Below, piece by piece: positions 17,434 to 25,999 of a stretch of 50,301 bases of DNA. Numbering within the stretch: the first letter of the stretch is position 1; each line of letters begins with the position of its first letter. Origin of the DNA: Candidatus Hydrothermarchaeota archaeon (GTDB taxonomy: Archaea > Hydrothermarchaeota > Hydrothermarchaeia > Hydrothermarchaeales > BMS3B); NCBI GenBank assembly GCA_015521565.1, contig WANX01000132.1, forward strand, positions 1 to 50,301. Direction: 5' to 3'. Under the pieces are notes generated by a model. That model was not told the origin of the DNA and searched no databases. It worked only from the letters and a program-made list of their open reading frames with translations. The translations under genes were made by a program, and so were the position numbers.

Positions 17434-19452
17434 TCACCTCACTGGCAGGCGAAGGGTAAATGTTGTCCCTTCTCCTACTCTGCTCTCAACCTCTATTTTA
17501 CCCTTGTGGCGCTCAACTATGCCGAGACAAATGCTCAGTCCAAGCCCTGTACCCTCGCCCGGCCTCTTCGTGGTAAAGAAGGGATTGAAGATCCTGTTGA
17601 GATGCTCCCCGGGTATGCCAACGCCGGTATCGCTCACACGGGTGATTACTTCTCCGCTTCCCGCCTTAGTTTCCAGGATAAGTCTACCTCCGTCAGGCAT
17701 GGCCTGGGCAGCGTTGAGTATGAGATTCACAAACACCTGCTGAAGCTGAGCAGGGTCCCCATAGATAGGAGGCAGGTTATCCAGCCTTTTCTCAACTTTT
17801 ACCTTTTTAAGCTTCGTTCTGAGCATCTCCAGAGCGTCTTCAATTACCCTGTTCAGGTCCACCTCCCTGGGTTCAAACCCGCTCTGTCGTGAGAACAGGA
17901 GAAGGTTCCTTGTGATTCTCCGAATCCTCTCCACCTGCTTCACTATGCCTTCAGCTATCCCCCTGACCTCGCTGTCATCCGGGTTCTCCTCCAGAATCCG
18001 CTCTGCATCCAGCAGGATGCTTGTGGCAGGGTTGTTTATCTCGTGAGCCACACCGGAGGCAAGGGTGCCTATCGTGGCAAGGCGCTCCGCATGCAGCAGC
18101 TGCCTGGTGCGCTCCTCCACCTTCTTCTCAAGCTCGCGGGAGTATTCCAGAAGCTTCTCCTCAAGCATGGCCTTCTCAACCGCAATACCTGCCTGCGAGG
18201 CAAAGCTGGTGAGCCTCTCTATGTCACCCTCCCTCAGCGGTGTCCTGCTTCCTATTCCGATCACCCCCACAACCCTGTTTTTTGACAGGAGGGGGACTCC
18301 CAGACCATAACGCGCCGGCACCATCTTTGAGATGACCTTCGCGAGAGCCCTTATTTTCGTGTCCCTGGTGTGGAGCTTTATGAGCGCTTCTATGTCATCG
18401 GTTAGAAAAGGTTCTTTTTTTGCGACTATCCCGCTTATCGGGTTTTCAGGCGTGAGTTCCATCTCATAACCGTAGGCTTTACAACCGGTGAGTCTTTCAA
18501 GTTTTTCCACAAGCGCCGAATCCATGTAGTAGCTCCGGCAGATGAGCTTACTGCCCACCAGCAGGTGCACGGCGCAGGAATCATAGCCGAACACCTCCAC
18601 CACACCCCTGGTAATCTCATCCAGTATCTCCTGCATACTTGCACCGCTGTTCAGAAGGTTGTTGACCCTCTGAAGTAGCAGGAGCTCTCTGGTGCGCTCT
18701 TCAACCAGCCTCTCCAGGGAGCTGGAGTATCTCTTCAGCTCCGCCATGTTGGCTTTGAGCTCTGCGGCCATGCTGTTGAAGGCTTCCGCAAGGAGAGCAA
18801 ACTCATCTCTGCTTTTCGGTTTTATCCTGTAGTCAAGCTCTCCCCTTTCCAGAGCCCTTACTCCAGCTTCGAGCTCCTTCATGGGAGAGGTTATAAAGCT
18901 TCCCATCACGTACCCCACACCCACAGCCACGGGTACGAGGAGGAGCACCCAGAGAAATAGCCGCTGCACCGCCTCGGCCACCCTCGCTCTGATGAGCTCT
19001 TCTGTCAGACCCAGGTGAAGCTCCCCTGCCCTGCCTCCGAGCACAGGTATGGCGAAGTCGCGAATGTGCTCTCCTGTCTCGGTTTTTATTGTTGTGACCC
19101 CTCCTCCTATTCTCAGCAGCCCCCGCGGAAAGCCATCAGTGAAGGTGCTCGCAACAACCTCCCCATCACTGTTGAGCACATATAAATAGGCCACATCTTC
19201 CCTGCTGCTTTTAAACTCTCTCAGCATGCGATGCAGGGACACCACATCTTCGGTGAGCAGCGGCTCTGTAATTGCCGTGGCAAGGTTTTCACCCAGCAGA
19301 ATTCCGTCCTTTGCCTGCGCCTCAAGCAGTACCTCCTTCAACAGGGTCTGCATTATAACCGCCGAGAGCAGGCCGAGTACAAAAAGGGCGAGGATTATCG
19401 CAAGAACAAATTTTGCCCTGACCCCAAGCTTTGCGCTATCCGGCATTTCCAT
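17434..19452 (-). CDS. Sensor histidine kinase (TM, extracellular domain, HAMP, GAF, HisKA, HATPase); AioS/ArrS-like
   Basis: STFTDGFP extracellular motif; HAMP DEFALLAEAFNSM; GAF ending LGVPLLSKNRVVGVIG..FASQAGIAVE; AHEINNP; FNPFFTTK; GTGLGL. Confidence 0.88.
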   Translation of the reverse strand: MEMPDSAKLGVRAKFVLAIILALFVLGLLSAVIMQTLLKEVLLEAQAKDGILLGENLATAITEPLLTEDVVSLHRMLREFKSSREDVAYLYVLNSDGEVVASTFTDGFPRGLLRIGGGVTTIKTETGEHIRDFAIPVLGGRAGELHLGLTEELIRARVAEAVQRLFLWVLLLVPVAVGVGYVMGSFITSPMKELEAGVRALERGELDYRIKPKSRDEFALLAEAFNSMAAELKANMAELKRYSSSLERLVEERTRELLLLQRVNNLLNSGASMQEILDEITRGVVEVFGYDSCAVHLLVGSKLICRSYYMDSALVEKLERLTGCKAYGYEMELTPENPISGIVAKKEPFLTDDIEALIKLHTRDTKIRALAKVISKMVPARYGLGVPLLSKNRVVGVIGIGSRTPLREGDIERLTSFASQAGIAVEKAMLEEKLLEYSRELEKKVEERTRQLLHAERLATIGTLASGVAHEINNPATSILLDAERILEENPDDSEVRGIAEGIVKQVERIRRITRNLLLFSRQSGFEPREVDLNRVIEDALEMLRTKLKKVKVEKRLDNLPPIYGDPAQLQQVFVNLILNAAQAMPDGGRLILETKAGSGEVITRVSDTGVGIPGEHLNRIFNPFFTTKRPGEGTGLGLSICLGIVERHKGKIEVESRVGEGTTFTLRLPVR

Positions 19453-20344
19453 CTACCACCTCCAGCATCTCTTCTATTGAAGCATAGGATATGTTTTCAG
19501 GTGAGATAAAGCGCTTTATGTGGAGCTTTTCAAGAATCCTTCTCCCTTCCTCATCCCGGTGCATGTTTAGAAGAATTTTCCTTATCTTTTCTGTCAGCTC
19601 TTTATCGCTGTAAGGACTTGCCACAACAGGTGGGATGCCGAAGGGGGGCGAGACGTTGATTATCCTCGTACGCGAGGTAAGCCAGGGCTCGGTTATGTTC
19701 TTGTAGTCCCATATTAAGCTGTCCACTGCAGCGCCGTCCACTATGCCAGAGGCCACAGCCTCGATGCTCTTGTCGTGGCTGTAGGTGTAGAAGTAGTGGG
19801 AGAAAAAGGTGTCCGGGGTCTCGTTCATCCTCGCGAGCAGGTACCTGGGATACAGCTCGCCGGAGTTTGAGAGGGGGTCCGAGAAGGCAAAGCTCCTTCC
19901 GCGGAGCTCTTCGAAGGCGTATATGTCGCTGTCCCTGTTCACTATTATGTAGGAGTAGTAAACAGGTCCCGCATCGTATACCACAGGTACGGCGAGTAGC
20001 TCAAGCCCGAACTGTCTCGCTCCGGAGATGTATGCACGGGAGCAAACAAAGGCTGCGTCCACCCTCCCAAGCCGGAGGAGTTCGTTCATCTCCGCATAGT
20101 TCTTGCGCTGCACCAGCTTTACCTTTTTCCCGAGCTTCTCCGAGAGGTAGCTGAAGAGGTCCTCATAGTAGGCTACAGTTTCCGCCGGAGATAGGATGTT
20201 GGAAACACCTACAATAACCGCATCCTCTTCCATATAATTCATTACCTGAACCCTGTCACTGAAGTTGACCTCAACCGCATTATCCCCAGCAATGCAGGCC
20301 GACAGGAGCATCAGAAGGCCTATGAAGAGCAGATTAAATCGCAT
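19436..20344 (-). CDS. PhnD-like oxyanion-binding lipoprotein (AioX/ArxX/ArrT-like)
   Basis: Lipobox LSAC; VQRKNYAEMNELL, AFVCSRAY (conserved Cys), YYSYIIV, FAFSDPLSNSG, YSHDKSIEAVASG, DGAAVDSL, FGIPPVV. No ABC permease or ATPase nearby; overlaps the kinase start. Confidence 0.85.
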   Translation of the reverse strand: MRFNLLFIGLLMLLSACIAGDNAVEVNFSDRVQVMNYMEEDAVIVGVSNILSPAETVAYYEDLFSYLSEKLGKKVKLVQRKNYAEMNELLRLGRVDAAFVCSRAYISGARQFGLELLAVPVVYDAGPVYYSYIIVNRDSDIYAFEELRGRSFAFSDPLSNSGELYPRYLLARMNETPDTFFSHYFYTYSHDKSIEAVASGIVDGAAVDSLIWDYKNITEPWLTSRTRIINVSPPFGIPPVVASPYSDKELTEKIRKILLNMHRDEEGRRILEKLHIKRFISPENISYASIEEMLEVVDGNAG

Positions 20345-20430
20345 CTCAAAACAAACAAAAAGAGTGACCAGTAAAAATTTTTTAAATTTTTAAAATTGTT
20401 TTATACATCTCGCTGTTCTCCACTGTCGCC

Positions 20431-20607
20431 TCAACCGGCAGTATCTAACTCTGGATTTTTTTCTTTCCCATCCTCCTCTTCCCTCATGCCGCGCTTAAAC
20501 TCCACCCTGGCTCTGCCCAGGGAGCGTGCCAGCTCCGGCAGCCTGCTACCGCCGAAGAGCAGCAGGGCTATGGCGAGGATCACAAGAAGCTCATTCTGCC
20601 CCAGCAT
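20431..20607 (-). CDS. tatA: Second TatA (58 aa)
   Basis: MLGQNELLVILAIALLLFGGSRLPELARSLGRARVEFKRGMREEEDGKEKNPELDTAG; RBS GGAGGTGA. Confidence 0.9.
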   Translation of the reverse strand: MLGQNELLVILAIALLLFGGSRLPELARSLGRARVEFKRGMREEEDGKEKNPELDTAG

Positions 20608-21154
20608 TGAGCCTCACCTCCTCTACCTTTTCGTAGTAGCCATCGCCTGCGCAGGGCCTGCACACGCCGTCGTGCATAAACCCCTGAGGCTGGAGCTCTC
20701 CGCAGGAGGGGCACCTCGCTATTGGCGTGCGTATTGGCTTCAGGTCCAGGGTCAGCCTTATCCTCTCCACCCTGAAGTAACCAGCGTCCATCTCCAGAAA
20801 GAGCCTGGCGAGAGAATCCCTCTCCTCATGGCTGAGCTTAGCCCTGCGGTACATGAAGGTGTTCAAAGCCTCGCTCTGCGCAGCGGCCTCGCTCTTAAGC
20901 GCCACGCGGTATCCCTCGCCCGAGGGATAGCGTGCTATTGCTAAGGCGAGCTTGCCCAGGTCGTAGATTATGAGATTGCCATTGCCAGGCGTTGTGCCGG
21001 CGACCGCCATGAGAGCATCTGGGAGGCAGACCCTGGTCTCAGCCACACCTGTCAAACCCTTTCCGGGCTTTGGGTTGCCCAGCTTTTGCATGGCAATGCT
21101 CGCCATGCGCACACCCAGCGCTATCCCCGGCGCCAGGTGGCCGTGAATCGCCAC
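20591..21154 (-). CDS. FmdE-family protein with C-terminal Zn finger (start uncertain)
   Basis: HGHLAPGIALGVRM, ETRVCLPDALM, TPGNGNL, GKLALA and CPSCGE...CRPC. The reading frame continues upstream to a GTA codon at 21184. Confidence 0.85.
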   Translation of the reverse strand: MAIHGHLAPGIALGVRMASIAMQKLGNPKPGKGLTGVAETRVCLPDALMAVAGTTPGNGNLIIYDLGKLALAIARYPSGEGYRVALKSEAAAQSEALNTFMYRRAKLSHEERDSLARLFLEMDAGYFRVERIRLTLDLKPIRTPIARCPSCGELQPQGFMHDGVCRPCAGDGYYEKVEEVRLNAGAE

Positions 21155-21180
21155 CGCGCGCTCCAGCGCCTCCTCAAGCT

Positions 21181-21879
21181 TTACGCCTCTTCCTTCTCCG
21201 CTAATTCCAGAACCTCCTTCAGCTGCTCCGCATCCAGGCTGAGGTAGCCTCTCGTCAGCTTTGCCACGCCGCGGTAAAAGTCGCTCTCAGCCTCCTGGAG
21301 CACAACATCGCAGAACCTGGGGACCCAGGCCAAGATGTGCTCCTCCAGGAAGCTCTTCTGCACCTCGAGCAGGCGCAGCGCCTCTTTTCTGTCGCCCTTC
21401 CTCCAGCTCTCCGCCTCGCGGTAGCTCGCCAGCGCAAGGAATTTAAGCTCTGTGCCTATGTAGTCCGGCGGCCCGCCGTACTCCTCGTTCAGCGCAAACC
21501 CTGCCTTGAGGTACTTGCTCATCACCTTTTGCGTCGCCTCGCCCATCACCCTGTCCTCGCCCAGGTAAACCGACTCGTAGGGCGGCGGAGGGGAGTAGCC
21601 CTTCTTGATGCCCCTGAAGAGCCTCGTGAACTCAACCGCCAGCTCTTCGGTCAGCTTTTCCAGCTCCCTCTCCCTGTTCAGCTTAAGAAACTGCTCCAGG
21701 AGCTCCGCACCTTCCCTCAGCTCTCCCCCGGCAAGCTGCGCCAGCGCCCTGAGCTCCTTCTGAAAGCCCTCACTCAGCATCTTTGCCACAAACTCCTCTT
21801 TTGGCACGGAGTTGTAGAAGCTGCTCAGGAAGGCGTATATCGTACTCCTCCTCAGCGCTATCTCGGCGAACATGCTCAC
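21181..21879 (-). CDS. TorD/DmsD-family redox enzyme maturation chaperone
   Basis: EFTRLF, PPPYESVYL, PDYIGTELKFL, FLEEHILAWVPRF and FYRGVAKL. Confidence 0.9.
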   Translation of the reverse strand: MSMFAEIALRRSTIYAFLSSFYNSVPKEEFVAKMLSEGFQKELRALAQLAGGELREGAELLEQFLKLNRERELEKLTEELAVEFTRLFRGIKKGYSPPPPYESVYLGEDRVMGEATQKVMSKYLKAGFALNEEYGGPPDYIGTELKFLALASYREAESWRKGDRKEALRLLEVQKSFLEEHILAWVPRFCDVVLQEAESDFYRGVAKLTRGYLSLDAEQLKEVLELAEKEEA

Positions 21880-21902
21880 ACCTTAAAAAATTAAAGGGGT
21901 GC

Positions 21903-22322
21903 TCAGGGATTCACCGCACCCTCTACTCCTGCGTTCATGTACAGCTCTCTCGCAGGTCCGTCCTGCTTGTGGCATCCGAGGCAAATAGCCCTGTCCACCA
22001 CGCCAGGAGCACCCCGCACAGGAAGCTTGTACTTCCGCTGGTACAGGAAGTCGTCCGCATAGCCGGAGATGTGGCAGTAGCTGCACTTAAGCCCGAGAAC
22101 CTCCGCATGGATGTTGTGCCACCTCTTGCCAAGCTCCATGCCGTACTCTTCGCCCACGTCTATCTCGCCGCTTCTTATCTTCTCCGCAGTCTCCCAGAGG
22201 TTCACGGGCACCTCCTTCTCAACTTCCCTGACCACCGTCTCCTGCTTCTGGGCGCAGGCTGCGAAGAGCAGCAGCATTGCGATCGCAAGGAGAGCCGCAA
22301 CTTTAAACCTCATCTTTATCAC
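21903..22322 (-). CDS. Diheme cytochrome c lipoprotein
   Basis: Lipobox LFAAC; WHNIH, CSYCH and CLGCH. Confidence 0.85.
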   Translation of the reverse strand: MIKMRFKVAALLAIAMLLLFAACAQKQETVVREVEKEVPVNLWETAEKIRSGEIDVGEEYGMELGKRWHNIHAEVLGLKCSYCHISGYADDFLYQRKYKLPVRGAPGVVDRAICLGCHKQDGPARELYMNAGVEGAVNP

Positions 22323-22323
22323 C

Positions 22324-22983
22324 TCACACCAGGTAGTACACCTGCGGCCTCGTGCCGTACTCCTTCTTGAGCTGAATAGCTCGCCTGCTCGCTATGAGCC
22401 TTGAAACCTCGCTGCTGGGGTCGTCGAGGTCGCCGAAGTACCTCGCTCCTGCGGGGCACACGGGTACGCACGCAGGTGAGGTGTCGTAGTCACTACCCGG
22501 CTTCTTGCCCTCCTTCAACGCCTTCTCGATGCGGTGCCAGCACAGGGTGCACTTCTCGGCAACGCCCGGCTTCTTCCTGTGCAGGGGGTGCCTCGCCTCA
22601 GCTGGCAGAGCCTCGTAGGGCGTCTTCTCGCCGTTGGGGTAGAGGGTCTTCTCCTTGTCTATGAAGTGGATTACTCCGTAGGGACAGGCGGCGATGCAGT
22701 AGCGGTAGCCCCTGCACTTTTCATAGTCTATGAGCACCACGCCGTACTCGTTCTTGCTTATCGCCTTCGCGGGGCACGCCTTAACACAGGGCGGATTCTC
22801 GCAGTGCTGGCAGTTCATTGGCACAAAGATTCTGCGAACGCTGGGATACTTTCCCTGCTCGTACTCGAGCACAAAGTTCCAGTAGTTCCCCGGCTGGACC
22901 ATGTTCTCAACTTTGCACGCGGCGACGCAGCTCCTGCAGCCTATGCACTTCGCCAGGTCTATAACCAGGCCGTATCTCACCAT
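22324..22983 (-). CDS. Four-cluster Fe-S beta subunit (ArrB/DmsB/PsrB family)
   Basis: CIGCRSCVAAC, PMNCQHCENPPCVKACP, CRGYRYCIAACPY, KCTLC..PACVPVCPAGARYFGDLDDP and GTRPQVYY. Confidence 0.92.
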   Translation of the reverse strand: MVRYGLVIDLAKCIGCRSCVAACKVENMVQPGNYWNFVLEYEQGKYPSVRRIFVPMNCQHCENPPCVKACPAKAISKNEYGVVLIDYEKCRGYRYCIAACPYGVIHFIDKEKTLYPNGEKTPYEALPAEARHPLHRKKPGVAEKCTLCWHRIEKALKEGKKPGSDYDTSPACVPVCPAGARYFGDLDDPSSEVSRLIASRRAIQLKKEYGTRPQVYYLV

Positions 22984-22996
22984 CTACACCACCTCC

Positions 22997-25702
22997 TCAC
23001 GCCCTGTACACCTTAACCTTGGTGTCCAGGAAGCTGTTGTGCCCTGAAATCATGTCAGGGTGCAGCTCCAGCACCAGGTTTATCGCTGTCCCCTTCCTGG
23101 CATACTCCGGAAAACTCCTTGCAAATCTCCCGTAGTGGTAGCTCACCGCGACGGTGTCCGGGCGAATACCCTCGCTGAGCTTTGCCCTGGCTTTGACCTT
23201 GCCTATCCTGCTCTCTATCCACACCTCGTCGCCGTCCTTGATTCCAAGCTCCTTCGCCTTGGCTGGATTTATGAGCACGTAGTTGTAGCTGGAGTCGTGG
23301 GCAACCTCGTTTAGCACCGGGTTTAGAGCATCTGGATTGGCCTGGTTCCTGTACATGCGCTTGTAGGTTATCAGGTACAGCGGGTACTCCTTGGCCTTCC
23401 TGTGGGGTGTTGGCAATGCATGCTCCTTCCTTGGGAAGGGCGAGAGCTTTATCTCAATGAGCTTCTCAAGCTCGTCGCCACTCGCCTCGTACCACTCTTC
23501 GAAGACCCTCCTGACCCTGCTCTCCCTGCTCATTATCTCCAGCACTTTTTCGCGAGTATGCACCAGCTGCTCCGCATAGAAGTGCATCTTGGGCCTGCCC
23601 TTGCCTCTGAACTTCTCCGCGTCTTTAAGATACCTGTGCTCCACGTCCACAGTCTTCGCAACCAGCCCGTGCTTAAGCGCGTAGTCGAAGGGCTTCTTAG
23701 TTTTCTTCTCCCAGAGTATCTTGACAGAGAGCCTGCTCAGCTCCTCCGCGTCCTTCTTGCCCGCAAGGCTGCCGCCGTTCTTTGCCTTGAGCTCCTGGTA
23801 CCTGCTCCTGAGCGGGTTGAACTCGCCCTTCTTGAACTTCCACTTCTTGTGCATTCCCTCAATGTACCTGTCGAGTATGCCCGCCTTGTCTGCGAGTATC
23901 ATCAGGATATCGAAGTCCTGGTGGGGCAGGTTGTAGGCGTTGACTATGGGCTGGCGTATTGCGCTGTGGCTCGTGCCCGGGGTCCAGCGGGTTGGGGAGA
24001 AGTGCCAGCACTCCAGGTAGCTCTTGTTCGGCAGCACAAGGTCGCTCATCTGTGTCTGCTCGCTCAGCACGATGTCTATTGCTATCTGCTTCACCTTCTT
24101 TGCGCCCTCTATCTGCTTCTCCACGTCCGAGGTGGAGAACAGCCTGTTGGTGGCATAAACTATCTGAAGCTTTGGCTTGTAGGGCAGGCCGTACTTCTCG
24201 GGCTCCAGGTAGGTGAGGTGGGGCTGCTGCGCCACATTGTGCGTCCCATGCGGGTAGAAGACGCTCTCTGAGAGGTCCACCTTACTGGGCGGGTACTCGC
24301 ACTTGCCGGGCTTCATGTTCTTGTAGTCCGGATTGGCCTTGTGCAGCATGAGCCCGCCCACGGCGTCGAAGTTTCCTACCAGCATCTGCACCATGAGCGC
24401 CGCTCGCCAGTTCTGGGTGCCGTACTCTCTGGCGCTCATCCCGCGGAAGGTGTGAATAGCTACAGGACGGTAGCGGAGCTTTTTGCCCTCAAGCTCTATT
24501 GTGGAGCCTATCCTGGCGTGCTCTCCGAACTCCTTTGCCACTCTCATTATCGTCTCCGCGGGTATGCCAGTAATCTCCTCAGCCTCGCTCAGGTCAACGT
24601 TCTGGAACAGGTAGTCCTTGAAGACCCTGAAGGAGGTGCGGTACTCCTTTCCATCGACGGTAACCCTGCCGTCCAGCAGTATCTCCTCCGCCTCGTCGTA
24701 GGGCACCGCCTTCTGGGCATTGCTGTCCCACACCAGGGGGTTGCCGTCCTCGTCCCTGAGGAACTTCCCATCCTCGCCCACAAGATACACCGCGTCGGTG
24801 TACTCCTTCAGGAACTCCTCGTCCACATAGCCTTGAGCTATGAGCTCCCTCGCCATCGCAAGCAGGAAGACCACATCTGAGCCCGGCTTTATGGGTATCC
24901 ACTCCGTAGCCTTGGCAGCGAGGTTGCTCAGCCTGGGCTCAACCACCACCAGCTTCATCCCGTCCTCGACGACGCGCTTCATGCAGACCCTGTCCAGCCA
25001 TCGCGCCCACTGCTCAGCCTCTGTGAAGTTCGCCCCCATGTTAAGGTAGTACTCCGTGTACTCCAGGTCAGGCAGGAAGCCGTGCCCGCCCCAGGTTAGC
25101 TCATCCGCCACGTGGCGCGCGGCCTCGCAGACAGTGGTTCTGTGAACGTTGTTGGGCGAGCCTATGGCCTCGTTTATAAAGGCCTTGAGGAACTTGTCCT
25201 GCACCAGGTACTTGCCGTGCCCCCACAGGAAGGTTATTGAACGCGGGTCGTAGTCCATCGCCTCTTTTATCATCCTTGCAGCCTCTTCGAAGGCCTCCTC
25301 CCAGCTTATCTCCTTCCACTTGGGGTCTGCGTCGGGACTCTTGTCAGGGTTGGTGCGCTTGAGCGGCGCCTTTATCCTGTAGGGGTTGTAAACGTCGAAG
25401 AGACCGCTCTGCCCCTTGGGACACAGGTGCCCCACGTTGTAGGGGCTTGCGGGATTGCCGTAGATGGCGCGTATAACGCCGTTTACCCTGCGCACCCTTA
25501 TTCCGCAGAAGTTTACGCACATTACGTCGGTGCTGGGTATGAGCACGTCTTCGCTTACTGCAGTGGCGACCTGCTTTACACTGCCCTGAGCCCTGCTCGC
25601 TTCGGCAGCTACGCTGCCCAGCGAAACCACCTGCGAGCCAAGAGCAGCCATTCCTGCTATAAGGCTCGACTTTTTTAAAAATTCCCTCCTCGAAAGATTC
25701 AT
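22997..25702 (-). CDS. Tat-exported Mo/W-bisPGD oxidoreductase catalytic subunit (Arr/Arx/Psr-related, atypical)
   Basis: SRREFLKK Tat signal; TDVMCVNFC...HLCPKG; APLKRTNPDK..DPKWKEISWEEA; HRTTVCEAAR (Cys ligand); PIKPGSD; C-terminal INP..A..LGIKDGD..GIRPDTV. Confidence 0.85.
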   Translation of the reverse strand: MNLSRREFLKKSSLIAGMAALGSQVVSLGSVAAEASRAQGSVKQVATAVSEDVLIPSTDVMCVNFCGIRVRRVNGVIRAIYGNPASPYNVGHLCPKGQSGLFDVYNPYRIKAPLKRTNPDKSPDADPKWKEISWEEAFEEAARMIKEAMDYDPRSITFLWGHGKYLVQDKFLKAFINEAIGSPNNVHRTTVCEAARHVADELTWGGHGFLPDLEYTEYYLNMGANFTEAEQWARWLDRVCMKRVVEDGMKLVVVEPRLSNLAAKATEWIPIKPGSDVVFLLAMARELIAQGYVDEEFLKEYTDAVYLVGEDGKFLRDEDGNPLVWDSNAQKAVPYDEAEEILLDGRVTVDGKEYRTSFRVFKDYLFQNVDLSEAEEITGIPAETIMRVAKEFGEHARIGSTIELEGKKLRYRPVAIHTFRGMSAREYGTQNWRAALMVQMLVGNFDAVGGLMLHKANPDYKNMKPGKCEYPPSKVDLSESVFYPHGTHNVAQQPHLTYLEPEKYGLPYKPKLQIVYATNRLFSTSDVEKQIEGAKKVKQIAIDIVLSEQTQMSDLVLPNKSYLECWHFSPTRWTPGTSHSAIRQPIVNAYNLPHQDFDILMILADKAGILDRYIEGMHKKWKFKKGEFNPLRSRYQELKAKNGGSLAGKKDAEELSRLSVKILWEKKTKKPFDYALKHGLVAKTVDVEHRYLKDAEKFRGKGRPKMHFYAEQLVHTREKVLEIMSRESRVRRVFEEWYEASGDELEKLIEIKLSPFPRKEHALPTPHRKAKEYPLYLITYKRMYRNQANPDALNPVLNEVAHDSSYNYVLINPAKAKELGIKDGDEVWIESRIGKVKARAKLSEGIRPDTVAVSYHYGRFARSFPEYARKGTAINLVLELHPDMISGHNSFLDTKVKVYRA

Positions 25703-25789
25703 TCCACCACACTCCTGCCTTCGACATTTTAAAATTTTTATTCAGTCAAATAAAAAGATTTTTAGAAGTATAATTATATAAAATAATTG

Positions 25790-25808
25790 TGTTTCGACAT
25801 TTGAAACA
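25790..25808. promoter_or_regulatory. Candidate operator: inverted repeat in the divergent promoter region between the molybdoenzyme operon and moeA
   Basis: TGTTTC-N7-GAAACA. The 10-mer TTCGACATTT occurs at both 25720 and 25793. Confidence 0.35.
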
Positions 25809-25999
25809 TGATTAAAACTCTTTTATGTATATTATAACAGTTGCATCCTGATAAATGTTTGAAAATAGTGTAAAACATCCTTTAAAAAATTAGTCTGCCG
25901 CTTCACCACTTTATAAAAATTTTTTTATAAAAACCTTTTTATATTAAATCGTTTAAAAAAACTACTGATTTAAATATAAACGTTTACAGGTGGCACCGG

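Noticed and set aside
19436-20344. Phosphonate ABC transporter (phnD)
   Set aside because: There is no permease or ATPase, and the gene is coupled to a histidine kinase, which fits a sensory role.
22997-25702. Naming the enzyme arrA or arxA
   Set aside because: The diagnostic (R/K)GRY and GRGW motifs are absent and there is no ArrC/ArxC, so the symbol was withheld pending phylogeny.
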